Source of the DNA: Macrostomum hystrix
Lineage: Eukaryota > Animalia > Platyhelminthes
Assembly: GCA_950097015.1 (NCBI GenBank)
Contig: CATNEN010000038.1
Span: forward strand, 15,004,001 to 15,068,000
Direction: 5' to 3'
DNA length: 64,000 bases
In this document: piece after piece, positions 37,280 to 49,200 of the stretch
Layout of the letters: each line of letters opens with the position of its first letter
Position numbering within the stretch: position 1 is the stretch's first letter
Notes under the pieces: generated by a model
Told to the model about the DNA's origin: nothing
The model's database searches: none
The model's input: only the letters and a program-made list of their open reading frames with translations
Position numbers and translations under genes: made by a program

Positions 37280-40200
37280 ATGACATCCAGGTAAGCTCCC
37301 CTACAATGCATGCGTTTTTAGTCCAATTAAGTAAAAATGGCTAGCTAGATTTACAATTTCTTTTCTGCTCTCGCTCGTTTTCTTGGATCTTGATTGTCCT
37401 ATGCTGTACTCAATTTAATGAAACACGTCTTCGACTTTTACTTGCTAGAAGGAACTTGTTCAATCTCTCCTTGAACAACGAAAGTCTCTTTTGTGTTTGA
37501 TTGAAATACTAAAATCTGTTTAGCCATTATCTATTCTTATGACTACACTAATGTTGCAACTATCGAATCTGTTTTATGTGGCTGCAGCTATTGCTTTAAG
37601 CAGACTAGTAAATTTTCATGTTGCTAGGCCTAGCATGTCTTGCTATTTATCTATTAGTTTTATAATTAAAAATATATATTGACTTATCACTGTGCATTGC
37701 TTGTTGTACTCATTGATTCTACTGAACTGAAAGGTTATGTTATGCATCTTATGTATGCCCATTGCCCATATGATCTATTATGCAGATATCAGTACTATTG
37801 TATTGGTCCCAGGTCATTTCGGTAACAAGACATTTTGGTGACAGTCATTTCGGTGACACAATTGGTCAGATTGGTGACAACTATTTTTGCACCTAAATAT
37901 GCTAAAAAACAGCCTTCCATTTTAACTATGCACACATATAAAATATTAATTAAATAATGCTAAAAGTATTAATAAGAAGCTGCATCGCTCTGTTTAAGTC
38001 TGGGTTTTACTTTAAATGAGTTAAATTATTAAATTATTTAACGAGTAGTCAATAGTTTCAATAGTTATTCGTTCCTAATTAAATGTGTATAATAATCATT
38101 TTTCAAGTTTTGGATTGACAAGGTGAGTGAGGCTTTAAGCAGCTGTTGGATTGTGGAAGGCTGTTTTCTTAGCATATTTAGGTGCAAAAATAGTTCACCA
38201 AACTGACCAATTCTGTCACCGAAATGACTGTCACCGAAATGTCTTGTCACTGAAATGACCTGGGACCATTGTATTGACAGATTTAGTGTCTATTTTTATA
38301 TAATATATGTGATTAGGATATGCTTTATAGCTACTAGCTAGTCAAATAGGCTTTTCTATCAGTGTAAATAACACTAAATGTTGGTAAAAAAATAACTCTA
38401 GTTATATATATACTAGGGCATATAGTCTTGTTTGGCTAGATGATGAGCTACTAAAAACTAGGCCTTGCCTTGGCTTAGCTAAGTATTTGCAGTTTAGATG
38501 GCCTAGATATAGTTATTATAAAAATTAAAATACAAACATACTGTTGTAGGCCTCTGTCTATATTATTACTAAATTTTATTTCCAATAATGCGAATCCCAC
38601 TGCTGTTCCCAAAGTTGTTGTAATCTTTACTGTTAATGTTTCTTAGAATTAATTTCTGAGAATGTATTCTATATGTCCAAAATAATTTCTTGGTAGCGTA
38701 TTTAGTTATCTTTGAATATCGTCTTTAGTTGGTCTAAGGTAGCGTATTTAGTTATTCTGGCCGATTAATTATCGCATGGATGTATTTCTGAGTATAGGCT
38801 TTCCGAAGAGCGTTACCAATGATCTCAAGTGTACAGCAATACTTTCTATATCTTTCTTTCTCTTGAATCTTTCTTGGTATTTGTCTCCGTATGTTTTAAA
38901 AGAATGAAAGAACACGATTCTGAGTATGTTATACGAACTTTGTTGTCAACTGCGTTGCACAAGGTTAGGTTTTCCTCTCAATTTTACTCCTGTATTTATA
39001 CCCAAAAATGTATCATTTAAAACAAATAATTATACCGTATTAAAACAACGTATTTCCGCATTTAAAACAAATAATTGTATTTTACGTGTATTAAAACAAA
39101 ATATAAAAGATTTTCGCATTTAAAACAAATAATTGCATTTTACGTGTATTAAAACAAAATTGGCGGTTTTTCGGTTTTGAAATCGGTCTACATCAACTGA
39201 CCTCCCTAATAATTCATTTTTTGAATGCGCGCAGCAAGTGAGAAAAAGAATTCTATGTACATATTGTAGCAAGCATTTAGTAAAAATAGATATATGCAAC
39301 ATTTGGCAATAATAATACAATAACATGACATAATCCAAATAATAAGCTAGACACATAGTAATAAAGATAGCGAAATGATAGACTGCTAGAAAAAGACAAC
39401 ATATAAATGAGAATAGTACTAGAAGTATTGTTAATTCTGCTTATAATAGTCAATTTCACCTTTTAAAATTCACATGGAGCCGGCAGATCACGATAGTATT
39501 TCCATCCTATCTGACAGAATAGCCAGCGCAGTTCCACGTTAATCATCTGGCGGAAAACAGTCCGTTCGATGGAAGGCAGCGCTTTATGTACTCCCTGCGC
39601 TGCATCCTGTAGGATTCCCACGGCCTGGTCTCGATTGAACCGTTCCTTCATGGTCCGGACGTTCGGCCACACACCAGACCTTTGCGGGTACTGTTGATCA
39701 AATGTCGGGCTGGCGACGCGCAGTAAATACCACTTGAATTCATGTACCAGCTGGTCGCGCTCGTCATCCTCGTTACTGGTGGGACCTGGCTGCAGCTGCT
39801 GTCGCAGGTCCGTCCTGACCGGGGTCGACTCCCTGGGTGTCGGGTTCGGTTGCCCTGCTGGTCCTGCCGATTGTCGAGCTGACCGGACAGGCGGGGCCGC
39901 TGCTGCTCCTCCAGGCAATGATGAAGGTTTAGCTGTGGCTCCACCGATGCTGACTCGTAGTACTTTCGGCGGCTGGTCTGGCGGGCGATCAATGACTTTC
40001 GTCTGCTTGACACCAACCGGTGATGGAATCCTCGGCCGTTTTGCTGGCATGCTCGGTGGTGGCTTGGGCCGAGTAGACTGGCGCTCCGGAGCCGGTAATC
40101 CTTCGTTCTCTTTAGGCTGATCCTCACTCAATAGGCTTTCAAGGAAGTTGTCTAGATCTTGATCCATGTCTTAAGAATAGATCTGAGTATGGTGACGGCT

Positions 40201-43200
40201 ATATTTTAGTTCCAATCTCTGACTCTGGTGGTCTGAGGATATGGGGTCCGAACTGGACCGCATCATTGTGTTCGCCCCCCCCACTCCGACTGAGGGCCAC
40301 TTTTGACACCTTTACTTTTTGATTTAATAAGTCACCAACTTTGATTTTAATTACTGACATTATTTCTTAGTCCAATATTTTCATGTTTATACTCTTTTTA
40401 TAGATTATGATTTTCTGAGTAATAATGTTTTTATACTTTTTTGATAACTCTTCTGGTTCAGATTTTATTGCAGATTATCTTAAGTATTGATTTGCAGATT
40501 AATCAGATTACATAGGATTAAATGGCAATCTCAGTAAATTGGCCTCCCACTGTTATGCAATAGCCTATTGTTCGCCTTCTCCGTGGGGTATGTATCGTCG
40601 ATATCGCTCGCGGGGCACAAAACCGTGTGAGCCTGGCTGGGTGTGACGCAACCCTCCTCTCGCATTGCCTGACTCATGGGGTCTAGGCTGGCTAGGCTGC
40701 TCATGCCTTGGTCGTAGGTTGTAGCCGTGAGCTCTCTCGGTATGTACATTGTTTTCGCTCTCCCCTTCTGACTGTTCGATTTCTTGTTGTTCATTCTCTG
40801 CATGCTCATCTTCGGACTGTACATTTTCTTCTATCGCAGGCTCTGTCTCTTCTGAGTCATCTCCACCTTCGCTTTCTTCACTTTCACTCTGCTCTGGCTC
40901 TTGGTCAATTTCGATGTCAGATTCACTATCTCCAGCATTTGCTCTCCACCTTATTCTTTCGTCTTCTTCGGAATCTTCTTCTTCGTTAATAAGGATTACT
41001 TTCGGAATAATTTTCTTTGAAGTTACTTGACCTCCCTTATGTTTTGGCTGTGTGCTGTGATTATTGCTTTGACCTCCCTTATGTTTTGGCTGTGTGACTT
41101 TATTCGTGTCTGTTAATGAGATTGTTGAATTCGGCACTGGTGTGATATTATTTCTGTGGACAATAAGTTTATCTCCTACTCTTTCTCCATTAACTTCTCT
41201 TTGCACTCGATAGACTGTGTCGGATAATTTGGCAAGTACTCGATAGGCTGCTCGTTTCTTTCTGTGGAACTTATGGCTTTCTTCCTGCTGTAATTGTGGA
41301 TTATTTAATAAGACAATTCCTCCAATGGCAATCTCTTTAGGTTTCTTTGCACAGTCGGCTTTTTCTTTCCTTTGTTCATGGATCTTTTCCAATTTCTTCT
41401 TGACGATCTTAGTAGCTTTTTCCAGTCTTTCTGCATGATTTTTCACATAGCTGGGATAATTAGCGAATTCATGTGGTCTCTTAATGATATTGTCTATGGG
41501 CAAAGTTGCTTCACGCCCAAATAGAAGATAATGAGGCGAATATCCGGTAGTTTGATTTACACTCGTACGCACTGCTACAAGCGCGGCTGGAATCATTAGA
41601 TCCCAGTCTGAGTGATCTTTGTTGATTAGACATGTCACAATCGATTTGATTTGACCGTTAAATCTTTCAACTAGACCGTTACTCTGAGCATGGTAGGGTG
41701 TAGTGCATGTATGCTTAATCCCATACAGCTCACAGAAGGATTGAAACTGTCGGCTAGTGAATGATTTTCCGTTATCAGTGTGTATCCATTTACACTGTCC
41801 GTATTCTGCGAACACTCTCTCTTGTAGTATTTTAATAACGGTGTCTGATTTCTGATTTCTTGTTGGAAACGCGAATGGAAATCTAGTAGTACTGTCCACT
41901 ATTGTCAACACATACTTATGTCCTCTTCGGCTGTCCTTGGACACAGGGCCAATAAAATCTAAATGAAGACGTTCAAACGGCTCACAAATAGGAAAATTCT
42001 GCACAGGTGCTGGGATCCGATGTCCCGCTTTGCTCTCTAAGCAAGTTATACATTCCGAAATGTACTTTTCTACTGCAGTTACCAGTCCGGGTCTCCAGAA
42101 CCGCTCACGCACTCTCTGCGTGGTTTTGTCACGGCCTAGGTGACCTGCTAAAGGACTATCATGTAACTCTCTGAATACAGCTTCCTCGATATTCTTCGGT
42201 AACACGACTTTTCTGACTCCCTCTTCTTGGATTGTCAATAAATCGTCTTCGAACTTCATCTGCTCATAGTACTTCATCATCTTCTTCAATTCCTCTGACA
42301 CTTTGTCTTCTGTCGGTTTCTCTACTGCACTCTTCTTCCAATCTATCAGTGTTCTCACAGAGGAGTCTTCTTGCTGGGCTTGAACCAACTGCTCCTTCTT
42401 TAGTGGAACCTCGAGATAGTCAGTAAGAAGTTTCCGACATCTCTCTTCCTCAACTTCTTCGTCTTCGAAATAATCTCTGGCATCCTCGAATTCTTCTTCA
42501 TCGTCATCGTCTTCTTCTTGCACTTTTGGCTCCTTGAGAATTTCCAGGTCAGTCTGACAGCTTTGATGCTTCAGTGAGCTTCTGCTAGTCAACTGTTTTG
42601 CTGGCATCTCTTCTTCGATTCCTGGGACAGTGACACGACGGCCGTCGACCATATTGGTGGGAATGTCAGTGTCGGTCTCGCAGGTTCTCTGTACTTCTAA
42701 CGGCTGAATCAGTCCTAGCTGACTGTCCACTGTCGGGCTGTCTTCCTTCAATTCATCTTTGGATTCTATTTTCCGATCAATCGGTGTCGATTCTGATTTG
42801 TCGGTTTCGGCAGGTCGTCGGGATAAACTGTCGGCATTGCTGTGCTTGCTGCCCGAACGATGCTCTATGTCGTATTGAAATTCACTTAGCCGCTCGATCC
42901 ATCGACCAAGAATCCCTTGTGCTTCAGTCTGGCGTAGAAGCCATAGAATAGCCTTGTGGTCGGTGCGGGCTAGAAATCGCTTGCCGATAAGGTAAAATCG
43001 AAAATGTTTCATTCCGTCGACTAGCGCTAATAATTCCTTTCTAGTGATAGGATATCGCTTCTCCGAATCCTTCATGGCTCTGCTAAAGTACGCGATCGGC
43101 CTTTCAACACCGTCGGACTGTATCTGTCCAAGACAGGCGCCGATTCGGTTGTCGCTAGCATCGACATCTAGAACCATTCGTACTTTTTCATTGTCTGAGA

Positions 43201-46200
43201 ACTCTGGATACGCGAGTACCTCTGTTGACATTAATTTCTGCTTTAGTAATTCGAATGACTCAGTATGCACCTTTGTCCATTTGTCTCTGAAGTTCTGCAC
43301 TCCCTTCTTAGTCAGTTGGAATAATGGATGTGCAGCGTCGGCATAATTCTTAACAAATCTGCAGTAATAATTGCATAAACCAAGAAAACTTCTGAGTTCT
43401 TTGACATCTCTAGGCACTGGCCATGTTCTGATTGCTTCAATCTTAGCCGGATCTGTCCTTATTCCGTTGACTCCGACTACATGTCCTAAGTACTTTAGTT
43501 CTTGCTGAAACAAATTGCACTTCTTAGGCCTTAATTTCAATCCTGCTGTTATTAGTCTCTGGAATACTTCTTTTAGATGATTGAGATGGTCTTCGAAAGT
43601 CTTAGAATATGTCACAATGTCGTCTATGTAAGACATAGCAAATTTATGCTGAATGCCTGTTAAAACTAAGTTCATCAGTCTTTGAAAAGTACCAGGTGCA
43701 TTTGATAGTCCCTGTGCCATGACCTGATATTCAAATTGGCCTCTGGTCAGTGTAGAAAAAGCAGTCAAGTACTTGTGCTCTTCTTTGATAGGCACTTGCC
43801 AATAACCTGAATTTAGGTCAAGGCTACTAAAGTACTGACTTCCAGTTAGATGCGAGAACGTCTCTTGAATGTTTGGTAGAGGATAAGGATAATAATTGAC
43901 TCTTGAATTTAGGACTCGGAAATCACTGACAATTCTAATAGTTCCGTCCTTCTTAGGTACAATAACTAGCGGCGTAGAATATGTACTATAGCATGGTCTT
44001 ATTAAGTTCTTAGCAAGCATATCGTCTAACTGTTCATCCACTTGTTTCTGCAGGTGCGGCGGAATCCTTCGGGTAGGAATCCTGACCGGTGTAGAATCAT
44101 TCAATGATATTTCATGGGTCACCAGATGGGTCAGACCCATTTCCTGATTTGTCTGCGAAAATGCTTCTTTATGTTCTCGTACTACATTAATGACTTGTTC
44201 TTTCTGCGTAGCAGTTAATTTTTCTCCTAGGTTAATCTCCGTAATCCATTCTTCCTGAGTCTCGGATGTACTCTTAGCAATTTTGACTTGTCCGGTGGAT
44301 TTGACATTGTACGACTGAGGTGGGTCGGCAATATAAGTAAGTTTTTCGGCTTTCAGTGGCTTGGCTACTCCGATAATAGATGATTTCGACAAGTACAAAT
44401 CACTGTTCTGCTTATTAATAACTTCGACAATTCCAGTTCCATTAGTCATTGTTACTAGTGTCGGCATCATGTCTAAAGTACCTTTCTTAGTATTTACTTG
44501 TCCTTTGATCGGCTCGATAGTCATTGGCGTACCATAATTGGCTTCGGCATTCTTCGCTAATTTAACTGAGATTCTAAGTGCACTATTAGCTGGCACAGTT
44601 ACTTTCTCAGAACAGAAAACTCGGCAAACACGTACTGGTAACTTAGTAAATTGGACAGGAATGCAGACATTATTTCTGAGTACTAGCATGCCAGTGGCGA
44701 AATTAATATTATTACAATGGTCGTGGAAAAATTCCATTCCTAGAATATCGTCGCAATCATGATGACATAATAGAAAATCTGTTTCGATTTCAATTTCTCC
44801 GAACTTAACATTAGCAGTTACTTCTCCTGCGATTTTCACAGTAGCTCCGTCAAAGGTAGTTACTTTTCTGTTACTTGGCACAATCTCTCTATTTTTAAAC
44901 ATCTTCTTCCAGGAATTCTTTCCTAGGAAGTTGTGACCTGCTCCTGTGTCTAGTAAGAAGGTTACTTTCTGATTCTTAATTTCACCTTTCACCACTGCTT
45001 CTCTTCCTTTCTTCTCAGCAGTACTCTCAACTTGTACTTCTTCTGTAGTTAAATTATTGCTTACATTAGAATTCTGCTTATTGTTTGCCAGTTTAATTGA
45101 GGCCTGGTTTTCGCTGGCTGTACGTTTAGAGGGGCGTGGCCTCGCATCTCGTCCCTCACGGATCAGTTTCCCTGATTCCGGTATTGCACCTGCGGCTGAT
45201 TCTGCCGAGGGCTTCTGCAGTTCTTCGCAATGTGCCCGACCTTGCGGCAATTGTAACAGGTCAGTGAAGGTTTTGACTGCTGCTGCTGCTGATGCTGCAA
45301 GTGCCACTGCTTCTGTTGTTGGGGCTGATACTGCTGCCGATATTGTTGCTGCTGATGCTGAGGTTGCTGATACTGTTGCTGCTGCTGCAGATAATTCCTA
45401 GGTGGGTATGACTTTGCAGCTTGAGCATAAGTTTGCGGTTGCTGCTTGGCCCTTAACTCCTGTAGAGTCTTTTTCTGTTGCTCAATTTCAGCTTGCTGTT
45501 GATGGATTAGTGCTTCTAGTCGCTCTTGCTCGTTTCTCCTTTGTTCAAGCTCCTCTTCGCCTTTGGCCATTCTCATACCGATGTTACGGTGAGTCATGTT
45601 CCAAGCTGCTTCAATTCGTCTGAGCATCCTTCTTGCCTCTTGCAAGTTAGCGGGCTGAGCAAAGATGAGTTTCTCACGAGTCTCAGTAGCAATTCTCACA
45701 CCTTTGATAAATTGTTCGACAATTTCTTCCTCTCTTTGTTCCATGTTCATGTTAGGAAATGCTCTTGCAGCTAGCTCGATTAAGGTGTCTGCGTAGCTTT
45801 CTATGGACTCATTTTTGCTCTGCATGCGACCTCGAAACTCTTCGCGGAATTCGGCAGCACTGCCGATTCTTCCGAATCGCTCAATAAGTCTGTCTTTGAA
45901 CTCTTCATACTCTAGATCATCTGGGAGATTTAATCGCTGGACTGCGGCAAAAGCTGTTGTCAGATCTAGATTAGCCAACAATTCTTGTTTACGATGTTCC
46001 TCTTCGATACCTTCCGCCTCACAGCGTTGATCGAAGGCAGTAAGCCAAATTCGAATGTCTTGCCCAGGTGTGAACTTCTGGATTTTCACGTGACGCATAG
46101 GTCCAAGTTCTAATCGATTTCGCAGTTCTTCTGCCAACATGGCGATTGCATCATGTGCCTGATTCATGTCTATGTATTATGCTCTTTTAGTATTTCGTGC

Positions 46201-49200
46201 TGCTCTTGAGATCCTTTCCGCTGCCACCAAAGTTGTTGTAGGCCTCTGTCTATATTATTACTAAATTTTATTTCCAATAATGCGAATCCCACTGCTGTTC
46301 CCAAAGTTGTTGTAATCTTTACTGTTAATGTTTCTTAGAATTAATTTCTGAGAATGTATTCTATATGTCCAAAATAATTTCTTGGTAGCGTATTTAGTTA
46401 TCTTGGAATATCGTCTTTAGTTGGTCTAAGGTAGCGTATTTAGTTATTCTGGCCGATTAATTATCGCATGGATGTATTTCTGAGTATAGGCTTTCCGAAG
46501 AGCGTTACCAATGATCTCAAGTGTACAGCAATACTTTCTATATCTTTCTTTCTCTTGAATCTTTCTTGGTATTTGTCTCCGTATGTTTTAAAAGAATGAA
46601 AGAACACGATTCTGAGTATGTTATACGAACTTTGTTGTCAACTGCGTTGCACAAGGTTAGGTTTTCCTCTCAATTTTACTCCTGTATTTATACCCAAAAA
46701 TGTATCATTTAAAACAAATAATTATACCGTATTAAAACAACGTATTTCCGCATTTAAAACAAATAATTGTATTTTACGTGTATTAAAACAAAATATAAAA
46801 GATTTTCGCATTTAAAACAAATAATTGCATTTTACGTGTATTAAAACAAAATTGGCGGTTTTTCGGTTTTGAAATCGGTCAACATCAATACTAATTTCAA
46901 CTAACTTAAGTCTTCAACTAAATACTTCAATTTAATTTATAATTCAGAAATTGATGTGGCATTTTTATTTATTTGTTTAGAATTTTATAGGCCTATCCTG
47001 AAACTTCTAGTGCTTTTGCCAAAACTTTGTACTATATTTGGCACAATTATTGTTAAACTGCTCACTACTATCTAACTAAATCACAGAAAAACAAAGTAAC
47101 TACTACTCATTTTCTTTTCTATCCTTTCCAATTCAAATGAAAAATAATTTCTGGAATGGAACTTTACTATTGCCAATGTAGCTTATAGCCTTGCCATATA
47201 GCTAGTTAGCAGAGTAACAGTCTGTCCACTTCCTCATTGGTAACAGCCACTTTGGTAACAAATTATAACCACATGATTATAGACACTTTAGTAACAAATA
47301 TGATGTGATCTCAAGGCAGCAAAGAGTCAGACAATCACAGTAGCGAATGGAATACTCACTTTTGATGGGTTCTGGAATTACATTTTTGAGCAAAATCTTA
47401 GAGACTTAATATTTGAAAATATTGTCTTCTGAAATATGAAAATAAAGAAAAATAATGAGCTGCATATAAGGAAGCTTGTAGCCAAGTTATAAGCATATAC
47501 ACATACATTCTTGGAGAGTTTAGCAAGTGTAGAAAAAAATTATTGTACATGATGAGTCTGTAAGTACAGCCCAAGATGATATTATCCTATACAGTGTACC
47601 ATTTTTCGATAATAATGAGCCACAAAGCATTTCGCCTCTACGCTTCATAACTAATCTGTGATCACAGGCTAGACAGGCTCTATCACCTGTTGGAGAGCGG
47701 CGGTCAGCCGGCAGTACGGAAATCAGCCGCCCTACAAATAGGCGAGCTGGCCCGCTCAATGCCGCATGAGACGCCGCAGCTGTTGCAGCGCTTGGCAAAA
47801 CAGCTGCGCAGTCGCAGCTGGGACACCAGAGTCGCTGCCGGACAGGTAATTTGTTGATTTTTAAGCTGATTAAATAGTTTTTTAGTATGTCCTGATGATA
47901 AACTTCATGGCGAAAAACTTCTAAAGTAAAAACTTCTTGAGGTATAAACCTTCAGTCGAAGATCTTCGAGATGCTTCTGGAGGCGAAAAGCTTCTGGAAC
48001 AAGCAACCTTCATGCGATAAACTTCCAGGCAGAAACCCATCAGGCGAAAAAAATTCAGCTAGAACCATTATGCGACAAACTTCCTGACTAAAAACCTTCA
48101 GGCGACAAACTTCCAGACTAAAAACCTTCAGGCGACAAACTTCCAGACTAAAAACCTTCAGGCGACAAACTTCCAGACTAAAAACCTTCAGGCGACAAAC
48201 TTCCAGACTAAAAACCTTCAGGCGACAAACTTCCAGACTAAAAACCTTCAAGCGACAAACTTCCAGACTAAAAACCTTCAGGCGACAAACTTCCAGGCTA
48301 AAAACCTTCGGGTGACAAACTTCCAGACTAAAAACCTTCAGGCGACAAACTTCCAGACTAAAAACCTTCAGGCGACAAACTTCCAGACTAAAAACCTTCA
48401 GGCGACAAACTTCCAGACTAAAAACCTTCAAGCGACAAACTTCCAGACTAAAAACCTTCGGACGACAAACTCCCAGACGAAATACTGTTAGTCGCGAAGC
48501 ATACAGAATAAACTTCGTGATAATTTTCTAAGGACAAGTTTTTAGAACAATCTTCCATGATAGAGACTAACATAATTTTCAGGAAAATGTAATCTGGCGG
48601 ATAAGTTTCTCTTAAAGAGAATAATTTATAAGTTTAAGGCGAAGAGCTGCTATGATTAAGAAAAAGTTTCTCTAGACGGAGAAGGGCAAAGTGGTTTACC
48701 TGCAAGTAAAAAACAAAAAAATCCTATTTTCGAAAGGCTGTCTTGGCTATTTCGGCTGCCCTAGCTGGGCCAGCCGGCGAATCTCGGCCACCGACCTGTC
48801 AGCGCGTACTCAAGTCGTCAGACTCGTCGGAGGATTCGCGACTGCTCCAATTCGAAGAGCTCGACTTTGCCAAGATAGTGCTCACCGGTGCCAGACTGCT
48901 CAGCTCAGATGCTGAGACTGTGGACGAGACTGGGGTTAGCCAGGTAAATCTTAGCTGACAATACAGATGCTGAGACATCTGATTCATTTTCAATGTCTAG
49001 CTAATAAAAAATCACTTAGGTCGATCGAGCTACCCTTGAGCACCGTCTCGGTCTTGACGAACGCGTATCCAGCCACCTCGGCGGCTCCCGCCAACTCGCT
49101 GGCATTGAAGACGACGATCTTCGCCTTGTTCGAAGCTCCGGCGCCGTCTATAGCACTATGAGCGTTGAAAGCGCTGTGGAATTCGTCAGGCAGGACTCGC

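Larger units (their letters stand above)
38542..46887 (-). mobile_element. Full-length Ty3/Gypsy LTR retrotransposon (8346 bp) in BTAF1 intron 1, antisense
   Basis: Two 654-bp TG...CA LTRs; 4-bp TSD ATAC (38538-38541 and 46888-46891); PBS; gag; pol in order PR-RT-RH-IN; extra ORF. Confidence 0.97.

Noticed and set aside
38829-39123. Duplicated small ORFs (also 46521-46815)
   Set aside because: Chance ORFs inside the two LTR copies, antisense to the element and with non-ATG starts.
39463-40167. ORF3 as a retroviral env gene
   Set aside because: Too short, with no signal peptide, transmembrane anchor or cleavage motif.
40232-40260. Hammerhead ribozyme (CTGAGGA followed by a hairpin)
   Set aside because: No GAAA core after the stem and no stem I/III pairing found.
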